DNA from: an uncultured delta proteobacterium
GTDB taxonomy: Bacteria; Bdellovibrionota; FAC87; UBA2466
Length of the DNA stretch: 64,000 nucleotides
Reading direction: 5' to 3'
NCBI GenBank assembly: GCA_963778115.1
Contig: CAVZSV010000004.1
Coordinates: 992,001 to 1,056,000 of the forward strand
Shown here piece by piece: positions 8,502 through 18,305 of this stretch. The notes beneath the pieces are model-generated. The model was not told where the DNA came from. It saw only the letters and a list, made by a program, of their open reading frames with translations, and did no database searches. Positions within the stretch are counted from its first letter, which is position 1. Every line of letters starts with the position of its first letter. A program made the position numbers and the translations under genes.

Positions 8502-9821
8502 TTACGCATTAGAATCGCTGAACAAAGCTTCGATACCATCGACCGAAGCCCTAAAATTTGCTCTAAGATCACGTTCCTGTCTCAGAAATTGCGAAATGAC
8601 GGGCTCCTTATCGATGCACTCATCGATGTTCCTGTCGGTACCACGGACGTACATGCCGTACTGGATGGCATCCTCATTTTCTTGGTAACGTGCTAACAGC
8701 TCTTTGAGCATTCGGGCAGACTTGAGCTGCTCTTTGTCGACTACCTGGTCCATGCAACGGCTGATACTCGTCAGAATATCGATCGCAGGGTAGTGTCCCC
8801 GGTTGGCTAACTTTCTGGAAAGCACGATGTGTCCGTCCAATATGGCTCTGGCATTATCGGCGACTGGGTCTTCGAGATCATCACCTTCCACTAACACCGT
8901 GTATAGACCCGTGATGGTGCCGTGTTCTCCCCAGTTTCCCGCCCGCTCCAAAAGTTTGGAGAGCGAAGAGAAAACCGAAGGGGTATAACCCTTTGTCGTG
9001 GGAGGCTCACCTGCCGCGATCCCAATCTCCCTCTGTGCCATGGCAAATCTCGTGAGAGAATCCATAAGCAAGAGAACATGGTTACCCTTGCTTCTAAAAT
9101 ATTCAGCGATGGAAGTAGCCACAAAGGCACCCCGAGCCCTGCGTACAGGAGATTTATCAGCGGTTTCAACTACGATAACGCTTTTCTTGCGTCCTTCGGG
9201 CCCCAGCTCATTTTCAATAAACTCTTTCACTTCGCGTCCGCGCTCGCCTATGAGGCCTATCACCACCACGTCCGCTGACGTATAGCGAGCCATCATCCCC
9301 ATCAAAACGCTCTTGCCGACTCCAGAGCCCGCGAAAATCCCTTGGCGCTGACCTTTGCCGCAAGTAAGGCAGGCGTTAATGCTACGGATACCAAGATCCA
9401 GTGGCTGACGGATAAGGGCTCTTTGCATGGGATTGGAGGCCACCCCATACAGCGAAACTCGCTCAACGAGAGCTAATGGCATTCCCCCTTCGTAGGGTCG
9501 GCACATGGAATCCACGACTTGTCCCAAAAGTGCGGGCCCGACGGGAACGGTCGCCGATTCTTCCGCCAAAGTGACGCGATCTCCTAATTGAATCGGACCC
9601 AAATCGTCTAACGGCATCGCCACATGCCCTTCGGGATCAAGACTTACGATCTCGATGGGAATATTTCCCTGCGAAGAAGAGATTTCGCAGATAGATCCCA
9701 CTTTGGCGTGTGGAATGTAAGTGCGAACGGAGTCCCGCCTTACTTTCTGCACCTTTCCGTAAAACTTCACGAATTGGTGAGAATCCACATGGGAGCAGAA
9801 TGAGGTTAATTGATTCTCCAT
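8502..9821 (-). CDS. fliI: Flagellar export ATPase
   Basis: Walker A AGSGVGKS, LIGERGREV, LLLMDSLTRFA, GEPPTTKGY, DGHIVLSR. Confidence 0.96.
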   Translation of the reverse strand: MENQLTSFCSHVDSHQFVKFYGKVQKVRRDSVRTYIPHAKVGSICEISSSQGNIPIEIVSLDPEGHVAMPLDDLGPIQLGDRVTLAEESATVPVGPALLGQVVDSMCRPYEGGMPLALVERVSLYGVASNPMQRALIRQPLDLGIRSINACLTCGKGQRQGIFAGSGVGKSVLMGMMARYTSADVVVIGLIGERGREVKEFIENELGPEGRKKSVIVVETADKSPVRRARGAFVATSIAEYFRSKGNHVLLLMDSLTRFAMAQREIGIAAGEPPTTKGYTPSVFSSLSKLLERAGNWGEHGTITGLYTVLVEGDDLEDPVADNARAILDGHIVLSRKLANRGHYPAIDILTSISRCMDQVVDKEQLKSARMLKELLARYQENEDAIQYGMYVRGTDRNIDECIDKEPVISQFLRQERDLRANFRASVDGIEALFSDSNA

Positions 9822-10594
9822 TAAGTGTTTTCACCCTTCGTAAATCTGTCTATCCAATTCTCGAGCTTTCTCATCTCTTCTTCGGAGGAAAACAGAATTC
9901 CGCCGTCCTCACACGCGCAATGGAACTCTCCTTCTTTTAGATTCGGATCGGATTTAATTTCCCAACGGGCAGAGTCCAGAGATTGAAACGCTTGTGCAAA
10001 AATTTCTTTATCCTGAGTCGAAACGCTAATGTGGATCTTTCCTTTCGCTTCGAAGGCTCCGATACTCTCTTCTAACCAACTCCCTATCTCATCCGCGGCT
10101 AACACGGAACGATGAATCAAAAATCTTCTCAATAGGTGAGAGAAGGAATGGATCCAGACGGCTTCATGCGATCTTAGTAAAGAGGCTTTGTCTTTAACAA
10201 CGCTTTCGCAGACCGCTTCAATTTTTTGCCGCATTTCCGTCAATATCTGCTCGCTCGCCTCTAATCCCCTTTTCATGCCGGCCGCCTCGGCTTCTTCCAT
10301 GACTTGGGTCTTTAGCTGTTCAAACCGTTCTTCGAGGCGCTCTTGCACCCGTACTTCAATCATCTTTTCAAATTCTCGTTTGAGTCCCGCATCCCCGGAC
10401 AGCCAGCTCCAAAATTGGTCCGGAAGGCCAAAGCCAACATTGGCATTCGATTCACTGGCAACTTCCTTCGGTGATTCACAAGGCGCAGGGCTCCGCTCTT
10501 CGCTTGGACCAAGTCCTGCCAAAGCCACCGCTTGAAATCCCGTTTCGGGATCTGGCTCCTCAAGGGATAATTTCGTTATCTTCGCCGAGTCCAA
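9821..10594 (-). CDS. fliH: Flagellar assembly protein FliH (divergent; start uncertain)
   Basis: Between fliG and fliI; AxxxGxxxG repeat; C-terminal DPNLKEGEF...EDGG. Confidence 0.75.
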   Translation of the reverse strand: MDSAKITKLSLEEPDPETGFQAVALAGLGPSEERSPAPCESPKEVASESNANVGFGLPDQFWSWLSGDAGLKREFEKMIEVRVQERLEERFEQLKTQVMEEAEAAGMKRGLEASEQILTEMRQKIEAVCESVVKDKASLLRSHEAVWIHSFSHLLRRFLIHRSVLAADEIGSWLEESIGAFEAKGKIHISVSTQDKEIFAQAFQSLDSARWEIKSDPNLKEGEFHCACEDGGILFSSEEEMRKLENWIDRFTKGENT

Positions 10595-11582
10595 TGACCA
10601 CTTTCCCTTCTTCTTCCAAACGTCGGACTATCTTGACTATCTCTCGTTGTGCACCTTCTACATCGGATACCTTCTGAGGTCCTAAAGCATCCAAGTCTTC
10701 GCGCAACATCTCAGCTGCTCTTTCGGACATCGAGCTATAGAGCTTATCCCTAAGTTCCTCGGGCGCACTTTTGAGGGCCATAAGGAGTTTGTCGTTGGGA
10801 ACTTCGCGAAGAATTAGCTGCATTCCCCGTTCGTCGATCTTTACCAAGTCTTGGAAAGTGAACATGTGCTGTCGAATCTCTTCCGCAAGAATGGGATCTT
10901 TGTCGTCAATACGAGTCATCAGAGAGTTCATGGATTTCTTGTCGAGATTATTAATAAGCTCGGCAACCGCTCCCACTCCCCCAAACTGACCTTGTTGAAC
11001 TTTTCCCAGAGTCAAAAGCTCTTTCTTGAGAACTTCGTCGAGCTCTTCCATCTTTTCCGGAGTCACATATTCCAGATTGGCCATTCGTAAGACGACTTCC
11101 GTTCTAATCGAATCAGGAAATTGGCGAATCATGGAGATCTGCTTGTCTAAGTCCAGATGCGCCACGATGAGAGCGATGGTCTGGGGATGCTCTTCCACCA
11201 AGAATTCAGCAAGAGTTTTGGTGTCGACTTCGTCCAGAACGGAAAGGCTGCGGCGTTGAACGAGATTAATAGTCTTTGAAGATCCGAAAATCTGCTTTGC
11301 CCTTTCCTCTCCCAAACCTTTGGTAACGATCTCAGGTCGCGTTAAATTATCGTCGAAAATGATCTCTTCTTTTTCCGAAAGCTTAAAAAGAAATTCGCGC
11401 AAAACCGTATTTATTAATGAGATCGGTGCCTTTTTCATATGCCCCATCACATTAAGCAGTCGCCGAACATCGGCGTCTTTCATACTCTTCATGAGTGCGA
11501 AGGAATTGTCTTCTCCCAATACATTCATAAGAATGGCGGTCTTTTCCAAACCGCTAAGGGCTGCTTTCTTCGACTTTTGCAT
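10560..11582 (-). CDS. fliG: Flagellar motor switch protein
   Basis: LSGLEKTAIL, EHPQTIALI, GGVGAVAE, MFTFQDL, MSERAAEML, DVEGAQREI. Confidence 0.96.
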   Translation of the reverse strand: MQKSKKAALSGLEKTAILMNVLGEDNSFALMKSMKDADVRRLLNVMGHMKKAPISLINTVLREFLFKLSEKEEIIFDDNLTRPEIVTKGLGEERAKQIFGSSKTINLVQRRSLSVLDEVDTKTLAEFLVEEHPQTIALIVAHLDLDKQISMIRQFPDSIRTEVVLRMANLEYVTPEKMEELDEVLKKELLTLGKVQQGQFGGVGAVAELINNLDKKSMNSLMTRIDDKDPILAEEIRQHMFTFQDLVKIDERGMQLILREVPNDKLLMALKSAPEELRDKLYSSMSERAAEMLREDLDALGPQKVSDVEGAQREIVKIVRRLEEEGKVVIGLGEDNEIIP

Positions 11583-11592
11583 GCTTTCTCCG

Positions 11593-13260
11593 TTAGGCAG
11601 CTTCAGGCTTCGGTAAGGCGATGTCCTCGTCTAGCCAATCTTGTACAATCCGGAAACCCTTTCGAGGGCCAAGGCCCAATTTATCGACAATGCGCTTCTT
11701 TAAATCCTCTTCCTCTTGTTTATCGAGCGGTTCACCCTCTTCGAGCACTGAGGCCGCTTTCGAAAGGGAGAGGACACCCTCATCTCTTTGGGCCGCTTCC
11801 AATTCAGCAACGGTCTTGGGGAATAACGTCGTCTCTTTTTGAATATCCGAAAGCGTTGCCCATTTGAGGAAGGGACGGACTACTAGGATAAAGAAAAGTA
11901 AAACCACCAGCGCAATGAGTCCGTTTCGGATTAGCTGGTGGGTAAACTCTTGCGTATTTACCACACTCGCATTGGGAACTTCGTCCGCTGGAGTGATATC
12001 GGTGACTTTAAAGGGTAGGGAACTAATGTTGATGCTGTCTCGTCGTTGCGAGTCATAACCTACCGCATTAGCAACGATCTCTTGCAGTCGCTTCAATTCG
12101 TCTTCACTTCGAGGAGTGAACACCTGATCGGCTTTTCCGCCCTTGGTGTAATAGCCATCCACAACTACCGCTACTGTCAGACGCTTGATCTCTCCTGAGG
12201 GTTTGTCCACGGTCTGAATTTTCTTGGGTATCGCGTAGTTTTTATTTTCGATATCGTGTTCGGTATTCGAAGTAGACATGGGAACCGGGGGATTTTGGAC
12301 TTCCGCTCCAGGAAGGTTTGACCGACTTCCTGGAATGCCTATCGGGTTAGGCCGGGCCCCTTGAGAGGTCTCATCATTCTTTAGAGTATTTCGTAAGACT
12401 GCCTTCTCCGGATCATATGTCTCTTCGGTGGTGTTCACACGCGAAGGATCCATCTCAGCGGTTACTTTCGCTCTTACCTTTCCATAACCCACGACAGGAG
12501 TCAGGAGTTCGACGACGCGCTTTTCGTATTCCGATTCAATTCCTCGTTCCATTTCAAGTAGGGAACTGGAAAGTCCCTGAGCATTATCGTCTTCCGGCCG
12601 GTGTAGAAAATTTCCCTGGGTATCCACAATAGTGACTTCATTAACTTTCAATCCTTCCACCGCACTTGCCACCAAGTGAGCAATACCGTTGATCTCTCCT
12701 TTGGAGGGCATCTGACCTTGACGAAGCTCCAGCATCACCGACGCTTTGGGTGCTTCTTCTTCTTCCAGGAACGTTTTCTTCGGAGGTACACTGATATGCA
12801 CTCGAGCCCGCCTCACGGAAGCTAAGCGTTCAATCGAACGGGTTAGCTCGCCTTGAACGGCTCTGATGTATTGAATCCTCTGCACGTAACTCGACATCCC
12901 AAGGGTGGAATTATCGAATTTCTCAAAGCCCACCACCTCTTGTCCGGGAAGGCCTGCTTTCGCAAGCTCCATCCGCGCCGCGGCCACTCGACTGGCCGGC
13001 ACCAAAATGCTTCCCCCGTCGTTGGAGGTTTGGTAGGGGATGCTCTGCTCACCGAGCTTCTTGGCAATCGCTTTAGAGTCTTCTGCTTGTAACTCAGAAT
13101 AGAGCAGCTGATAGGGATCTTGATTCATGACCACGGCCCCAATCACTGATGAAATAATGAGAAGAACGCTGATGATCCCAATAAAAACCTTTTTGGTAGT
13201 CGAAAGCCCTGCCAAATAGGCGGAAGATCTTTGAATCCAACGCTGAATATTTTCATTCAT
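11593..13260 (-). CDS. fliF: Flagellar MS-ring protein
   Basis: Two TMs; GFEKFD, RAVQGELTRSI, ARVHI, KASVML, LVASAVEGL, RLTVAVVVDG. Confidence 0.96.
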   Translation of the reverse strand: MNENIQRWIQRSSAYLAGLSTTKKVFIGIISVLLIISSVIGAVVMNQDPYQLLYSELQAEDSKAIAKKLGEQSIPYQTSNDGGSILVPASRVAAARMELAKAGLPGQEVVGFEKFDNSTLGMSSYVQRIQYIRAVQGELTRSIERLASVRRARVHISVPPKKTFLEEEEAPKASVMLELRQGQMPSKGEINGIAHLVASAVEGLKVNEVTIVDTQGNFLHRPEDDNAQGLSSSLLEMERGIESEYEKRVVELLTPVVGYGKVRAKVTAEMDPSRVNTTEETYDPEKAVLRNTLKNDETSQGARPNPIGIPGSRSNLPGAEVQNPPVPMSTSNTEHDIENKNYAIPKKIQTVDKPSGEIKRLTVAVVVDGYYTKGGKADQVFTPRSEDELKRLQEIVANAVGYDSQRRDSINISSLPFKVTDITPADEVPNASVVNTQEFTHQLIRNGLIALVVLLFFILVVRPFLKWATLSDIQKETTLFPKTVAELEAAQRDEGVLSLSKAASVLEEGEPLDKQEEEDLKKRIVDKLGLGPRKGFRIVQDWLDEDIALPKPEAA

Positions 13261-13336
13261 AGGTGTCTAAGAGTCTTAGCGTTCCCCAAGGTAAGCCGTA
13301 AGTTATGCTGCTTCTGGATGTTCAGTTTTTAGAAAA

Positions 13337-13651
13337 TCAGACTTGCATGCGCATGATATCGCGATAAGCATCGAGAGCTTTGTTTCTCACTTGGACGAGA
13401 AACTTCATCGCGCTCTCTGCTTTTTCCGTGGCGATCATCGCTTCGTGTAGATTCTCGCTGCGTCCGACGGCAAGTTCTTCAGTCGCTTTGTCAGCCGCAT
13501 TCAGAAGATCGTTAACCTGATTGATGGAGCGGTTTAATTCTTGGGAAAAACTCGTTTTCCCAACCTCGGCATCATTCTCAAAGGCCGGTTGAGCCAACTC
13601 ACTACCTTTTCCCAGACCCGCAATCGAGCTCGCAATCGCATTTACGCTCAT
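13337..13651 (-). CDS. fliE: Flagellar hook-basal body protein
   Basis: LHEAMIATEKA...VQVRNKALDAYRDIMRMQV. Confidence 0.95.
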   Translation of the reverse strand: MSVNAIASSIAGLGKGSELAQPAFENDAEVGKTSFSQELNRSINQVNDLLNAADKATEELAVGRSENLHEAMIATEKAESAMKFLVQVRNKALDAYRDIMRMQV

Positions 13652-13654
13652 TTA

Positions 13655-14095
13655 TTATTTCCTTCCTATATCTAGGGCTTTTGTCATCATGCCACGCGCG
13701 GTATTGAGTGCTGTCACATTGGCTTCATAAGTCCGGCTCGCCGTAATCATGTTAACCATCTCTTCCATGGTGTTCACATTCGGCATTGCCACGAAACCTT
13801 CTGGATTGGCGTCTGGATGGTCCGGATTATAGACCATCTTCGGAGGTCCCTGATCGGATACTACATCCACTACATGAACCTTGTGCATGGGGACATCCAT
13901 CGAACCCTCAAGGACCGTCTTGAAATCGGCAACCGGTTGCGCTTCGAAAACCGGATCTTTCCGACGATACGGCCCACCTTCCGGTGTGCGCGTGGTTTGC
14001 GCATTGGCTAAATTACTGGAGATAGTATTCATCCTGAGTCTTTCGGCACTCAATGCCGAAGCACTCACATCCAAGGAGTCAAAGAAATCAGCCAT
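13655..14095 (-). CDS. flgC: Basal-body rod protein
   Basis: RMNTISSNLANAQTTRTPEGGPYRRK; YNPDHPDA; PNVN..EEMVNMI.ASR.YEAN. Confidence 0.96.
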   Translation of the reverse strand: MADFFDSLDVSASALSAERLRMNTISSNLANAQTTRTPEGGPYRRKDPVFEAQPVADFKTVLEGSMDVPMHKVHVVDVVSDQGPPKMVYNPDHPDANPEGFVAMPNVNTMEEMVNMITASRTYEANVTALNTARGMMTKALDIGRK

Positions 14096-14490
14096 TAGCC
14101 ACCTCCTCCGCCGCCCTCTGAAATTGCATATTTCAGGAGGGCAAATTTCTTGGATATCGCCTCCGCTGCGGCGGAGTATTTGATATCGTTTTTGGTCATC
14201 TGGGACATTTCTCTGTCCATATCAACGGTATTTAGGTCGTTTCCCACTTCCGCTTCAGGATCTTCATACACAATGGGTTCGACCGATGCGATCCCTCGTT
14301 CGGGGGTCTCAAATCCCGCCTCGGAGGCATCCAAAGCTCTTTGCAATGAAGTCTCAAAATCTACTCTTCTCGCTTTAAAAAATGGGGTCTCAGCATTCGC
14401 GATATTGTCAGCAATGACGCTGTGGCGCAGCAGATACATGTCGAGTGACTTGGAAAGCAGATCTACGTTTTTATCGAATAGGATGTCCAT
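14095..14490 (-). CDS. flgB: Basal-body rod protein
   Basis: RH.VIADNIANAETP.FKA..VDF; D.NTVDMDREM. Confidence 0.95.
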   Translation of the reverse strand: MDILFDKNVDLLSKSLDMYLLRHSVIADNIANAETPFFKARRVDFETSLQRALDASEAGFETPERGIASVEPIVYEDPEAEVGNDLNTVDMDREMSQMTKNDIKYSAAAEAISKKFALLKYAISEGGGGGG

Positions 14491-14578
14491 AGTCCACCTC
14501 CCATCACTCTTCAGGAAAAAAGGTCTCGTCCCTAAGTTTTTCTAAAGTCTTTTGCGTTTATTGACGATATTAGAAAAT

Positions 14579-14594
14579 TGCAATTCCTGGGCCA
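14579..14594 (-). promoter_or_regulatory. sigma-54 promoter of the flgB operon
   Basis: Minus strand TGGCCCAGGAATTGCA (GG-N10-GC) about 90 bp upstream of flgB. Confidence 0.8.
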
Positions 14595-14636
14595 AACGCC
14601 TCAGGCGTAAGAAAGACCTCATTTTTGTTTCACTGA

Positions 14637-14669
14637 GGAAATTCTTTCCGTAGGAGGGAAATTTACTCC
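14637..14669. promoter_or_regulatory. Candidate enhancer (activator-binding) sites
   Basis: GGAAATTCTTTCC (14637) and GGAAATTTACTCC (14657), near-palindromes 20 bp apart, upstream of the sigma-54 promoter. Confidence 0.4.
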
Positions 14670-15619
14670 CCATACTCCTTCAATTTATTCCTTAGGGTTC
14701 GAGCGGTAATCCCAAGAATATCCGCTGCTCTCGCTCGATTTCCGTTATTTTTGTCCAGGACCCGAACGATATGGTCCTTCTCGATGTCTTCTAAACGATC
14801 CGAACCCTGATCCGAAGTTCCCACAGACGAAGAAGATTGCTTGGGCACTTCAAGATTATCCAGGTGTTTCGTTAAGATAGTCCCCCCGTCGGAAAGCCAC
14901 AAAGCCCTTTCAAGGGCATTGCGAAGTTCCCTTACATTTCCGGGCCAAGCATAACCAAGAAGTTTCTCCATCGCGGCAGGTTCCACCTGTGGAGAACTGG
15001 CACCCATCTCGTGGGAAATCTTTTCCAAGAATTCTCCCGTAAGGGCCGAGATAGCTTCACTTCTACCTCGCAGGGGAATGCAGTCGATCCGTATTACATT
15101 CAGACGGTAATAGAGATCTTCTCTAAAGCGATTCTCACAGATCATTTGCAAGGGATCTCGGTTTGTCGTTGCTATGATTCGGCAATCGATCGGAACCGCA
15201 CTCCTGCCCCCTAACCGGTCAATCTCGCCCTCTTGAATCACTCTTAGAAGTTTGGCCTGCAAAGAGAACGACATTTCAGAAATCTCGTCCAGAAGGAGGG
15301 TTCCTCCTTGGGCCAGCTCGAATTTTCCCACACGCCTAGTGACCGCTCCCGTAAAAGCCCCTCGCTCGTACCCAAAGAACTCTGCTTCCATGAGCCCTTC
15401 GGGAACGGCGGCACAATTCACACTAATAAAGGGTCCCTCGGTTCTTATTCCCTTTTCGTGGATGTACCGAGCCAAAAGCTCTTTCCCCGTTCCACTTTCC
15501 CCGCATAACAATACCGGTGCATTGGTTCTTGCCGCTCGCCCCGCCAATTCGACCACCTGTCGCATGCTCTCATCGGCGACAACCAAGGCACGCTTATGAA
15601 ATCGCAACACAGATGCCAT
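14663..15619 (-). CDS. sigma-54-dependent transcriptional activator lacking an N-terminal sensor/receiver domain
   Basis: [38 protein letters not shown]-terminal Fis HTH; only about 12 aa precede the AAA+ domain. Confidence 0.9.
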   Translation of the reverse strand: MASVLRFHKRALVVADESMRQVVELAGRAARTNAPVLLCGESGTGKELLARYIHEKGIRTEGPFISVNCAAVPEGLMEAEFFGYERGAFTGAVTRRVGKFELAQGGTLLLDEISEMSFSLQAKLLRVIQEGEIDRLGGRSAVPIDCRIIATTNRDPLQMICENRFREDLYYRLNVIRIDCIPLRGRSEAISALTGEFLEKISHEMGASSPQVEPAAMEKLLGYAWPGNVRELRNALERALWLSDGGTILTKHLDNLEVPKQSSSSVGTSDQGSDRLEDIEKDHIVRVLDKNNGNRARAADILGITARTLRNKLKEYGE

Positions 15620-15650
15620 TTCGATCTTCCTCAAAGTTTACTGAAAAGCG

Positions 15651-18020
15651 TTAGGGAGTCATTATCTTGATTTCGTTCTGAGCTAAAGGGCTCCAGAAGG
15701 GGTCATTGCCGTTAGCAAGATCTTGCCAGATCTTTCTAGCTTGCTCTTTACGATGCAAGTGAATGAGACACTTGCCGAGTCGGTAACGAGCTCCGGCACT
15801 TTCTTCAGAAGTTCCATCGAGAACCAAGGCATTTTCCAACTCTTGACTCGCTTGTTGCCATTGGGAGAGCTCATATGAAGCACGACCTGAAAAATAACGG
15901 AAAGGGGCCAGGTCCTTTCCGGAAAGTCCCAATTTTAGAGATTTATTAAGAAGGTCGGAGGAGTGCCCCCACGTCTTTCCCTCCACCGCGATTTGATATA
16001 ACTCCGAAAGCGTCTTAACTTTATCTTCCTTGCTGGAGCGATCATAGAGATCGGAGGCTATTTCGTAGGCTTTCGAATACTGTTTTTGATCTTGATACAA
16101 TTTGAGTCGGGCCTTCAACGCTACCGGTGCATATTCCGGTTCATGTACTTTGATTAGGGCTTGGTCTGCTTCGGCATACCGCTTTTGGTCCAGTAATGCT
16201 TTCCCCGAGGTTAGCCAAAGATAATCCCGCGCTTGCGCAGGAAATCCCGCGGTCACGGCGAGCGGAGTTCGGCTCGAATGATGACCGCTCAGGAGTTCTT
16301 TCACTTTGTCTTGATCGCCGGCCTGGTAGCTCACGGCTACCCAGAATCCAGATACCGTGGGGTCTACAAAATCAACGAGGAGCTGCTCTTTTTCGAGATA
16401 ACTGATCGCAACCGCAGTGGGATCTTCGGCCTTAGCCAAAGCATCCACTAGCGCAACCGTAACTCCCGTTCTCATTTTCGGATCTGCTCCGGTAGAAGGA
16501 AGCATTTTTTCTTGCTTCCAAGCATCCATGAGAGCCAATCCTTTGGAAAGCTCTCCGGCTTCCATCAAGGATTGAAAGTGGTGGGTGAACCAATTCGCGT
16601 ACAATTCATGACCTTTGGGTTCAAACCGGGATCCCTTTAACCAGAGTTCATCTAACTTTTTGAAGTTTTCCAGCGTCCTAGAATCAGAAGCTGCTTCCCG
16701 ATTGAGAACTTTTTGATCGGATGTCGCCGAAGCGCGGTCCTTGAGCAATTTAATAAGACGTTCCCTAATAAAGGCGGCCATGGGCCCTTCTTTAATGGGG
16801 AAAGGAGCGCGTTCGTTCAGTCGAACTAAATAATCCAGGGATGACTCTTGACCGTCGTCTAGAAGAACGAGGCCTTTCTCTAGATAGGCGGCAGACCTCA
16901 TACTTTCGTCGTCGATACTGTCAATATCTTCATCGATCAATTTAAGCCGTCGTTCTTTTTCCACTTCTGAGACGGAAGGTAAATCTATGAGAAACGCATG
17001 AATCTTGGAAAAGATTCCCGCCGAAGAGGTGGGGTAATTCTCATGAATCGCCAAGTAATCTCCCACTACTTTTTCAATATCAGCGCCTGTACGAAATTCA
17101 ACGTCTGCCAATCGTTTCTGCACGAAAGGTAAGCACTGGGGGGAGGCTGCTTTGGCCTTTAGATATTCCGAATAATAGTACCTAGCTTTCTCATACTGCT
17201 TTGCTTGGTAATTCGCCTCACCCAAACTGTAAAAAACCGAAGGGTATTGTTTTTCAACTACGGGAAAATAAGAACTATAGATTTTATTATATTCTTTTTC
17301 CGAATTGGCTCCCGGCTTGCTTGCGGCAATATCGGCCAACCTAATTTCGGCACCCGTTCTTAGTCGGCTGTTTTTGCATTTCTGCAGGACTTGATTAAAA
17401 CCCGCCGCGGATTCGTCCATTTCATGCAAGAGGAACTCCGATTCGGCGACGCCCATTTCGAAAACACAGGACAGTTCGTGCAGCGGGTATTCTTCTCGAG
17501 CGCTCTTATAGAGAGAAAGACTTCGCTCATAGTTTCCCGCAGAGAGCCAGTGATCGGCCAAAGTGGCTGCAACCACGGGACCCAGCTCCGATTTGGGGTA
17601 GAGCAAAAGGGTTTCTCGCATGAGTCGTTCAGCGCTCTTTATAGAACCCGAATCCGTAGCCTGCTCCATCGCAGACTCTACTTGCAAAAATGCGGCAGCT
17701 TCTTGAAGTGCAGAGGTCTCAAAATTCCGTCGAAACCGCTTAAGTTCCGCTTCCAAAGTACTCCAATCTTTTTTCTGATAAACCTCCACCAAGCGGTTGT
17801 AGTCCTTAACCCCAGGAAGATCGTTCCCCACCGGAACAAAATATTCGGCTGCCACCTGAAGCCGACTGGGAACAACGCAAGCCGGCTGAGCAGTTTCGAC
17901 CGTTCGTAAGATGTGTCGTAGGGGGGTATCCGCTAATGCTGTCGTCGACGCGGCGCAAAGTAACCCACAGACGCCTAACGCGCGAAGCCCTACCAAACCG
18001 AATGTGCGAAAATAGCTCAC
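15651..18020 (-). CDS. Exported tetratricopeptide-repeat protein
   Basis: Multiple TPR-like helices (YSLGEANYQAKQYEKA, ARYRLGKCL). GTG 18020 gives a signal peptide ending TALA and lies downstream of a sigma-54 promoter. Confidence 0.85.
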   Translation of the reverse strand: MSYFRTFGLVGLRALGVCGLLCAASTTALADTPLRHILRTVETAQPACVVPSRLQVAAEYFVPVGNDLPGVKDYNRLVEVYQKKDWSTLEAELKRFRRNFETSALQEAAAFLQVESAMEQATDSGSIKSAERLMRETLLLYPKSELGPVVAATLADHWLSAGNYERSLSLYKSAREEYPLHELSCVFEMGVAESEFLLHEMDESAAGFNQVLQKCKNSRLRTGAEIRLADIAASKPGANSEKEYNKIYSSYFPVVEKQYPSVFYSLGEANYQAKQYEKARYYYSEYLKAKAASPQCLPFVQKRLADVEFRTGADIEKVVGDYLAIHENYPTSSAGIFSKIHAFLIDLPSVSEVEKERRLKLIDEDIDSIDDESMRSAAYLEKGLVLLDDGQESSLDYLVRLNERAPFPIKEGPMAAFIRERLIKLLKDRASATSDQKVLNREAASDSRTLENFKKLDELWLKGSRFEPKGHELYANWFTHHFQSLMEAGELSKGLALMDAWKQEKMLPSTGADPKMRTGVTVALVDALAKAEDPTAVAISYLEKEQLLVDFVDPTVSGFWVAVSYQAGDQDKVKELLSGHHSSRTPLAVTAGFPAQARDYLWLTSGKALLDQKRYAEADQALIKVHEPEYAPVALKARLKLYQDQKQYSKAYEIASDLYDRSSKEDKVKTLSELYQIAVEGKTWGHSSDLLNKSLKLGLSGKDLAPFRYFSGRASYELSQWQQASQELENALVLDGTSEESAGARYRLGKCLIHLHRKEQARKIWQDLANGNDPFWSPLAQNEIKIMTP

Positions 18021-18103
18021 CGGAGAATTTCTGTTTTCGTTTTTTTGGGGAGTTTCGGTCCAAGTAAAGCTAGACCGTGGAAATGGATCCGTAGGGATAC
18101 TTA

Positions 18104-18119
18104 AGCAAACCACGTGCCG
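18104..18119 (-). promoter_or_regulatory. sigma-54 promoter of the TPR-activator operon
   Basis: Minus strand CGGCACGTGGTTTGCT, near-consensus TGGCACG-N4-TTGC. Confidence 0.8.
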
Positions 18120-18251
18120 AGCCCAGCGCACGAATCATTGGGTTTTTTCTTGTAGCGCTAGGGTATTTCTTGTCGGAGCGCCAAGGGTATGACGGTTAAA
18201 GAGGCTCCCCAGGGGTTCCTAGCGACCCGGATGGCTCAGGCTAAGGTGAGA

Positions 18252-18305
18252 GTTCACGTTCATGGTCACGTTAACGAACTGCCATCCGTGGACATGAACT
18301 TGAAC
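18252..18305. repeat. Imperfect 19-bp inverted repeat built of GTTCAC-like hexamers
   Basis: GTTCACGTTCATGGTCACG ... CGTGGACATGAACTTGAAC, 16/19 complementary. Confidence 0.65.

Noticed and set aside
8502..13260. Non-flagellar type III injectisome
   Set aside because: The ATPase and ring genes sit among flgB/C/D/E and fliE/G/K in canonical flagellar order.
18021..18131. Longer start for the TPR protein
   Set aside because: It would include the sigma-54 promoter and bury the signal peptide.
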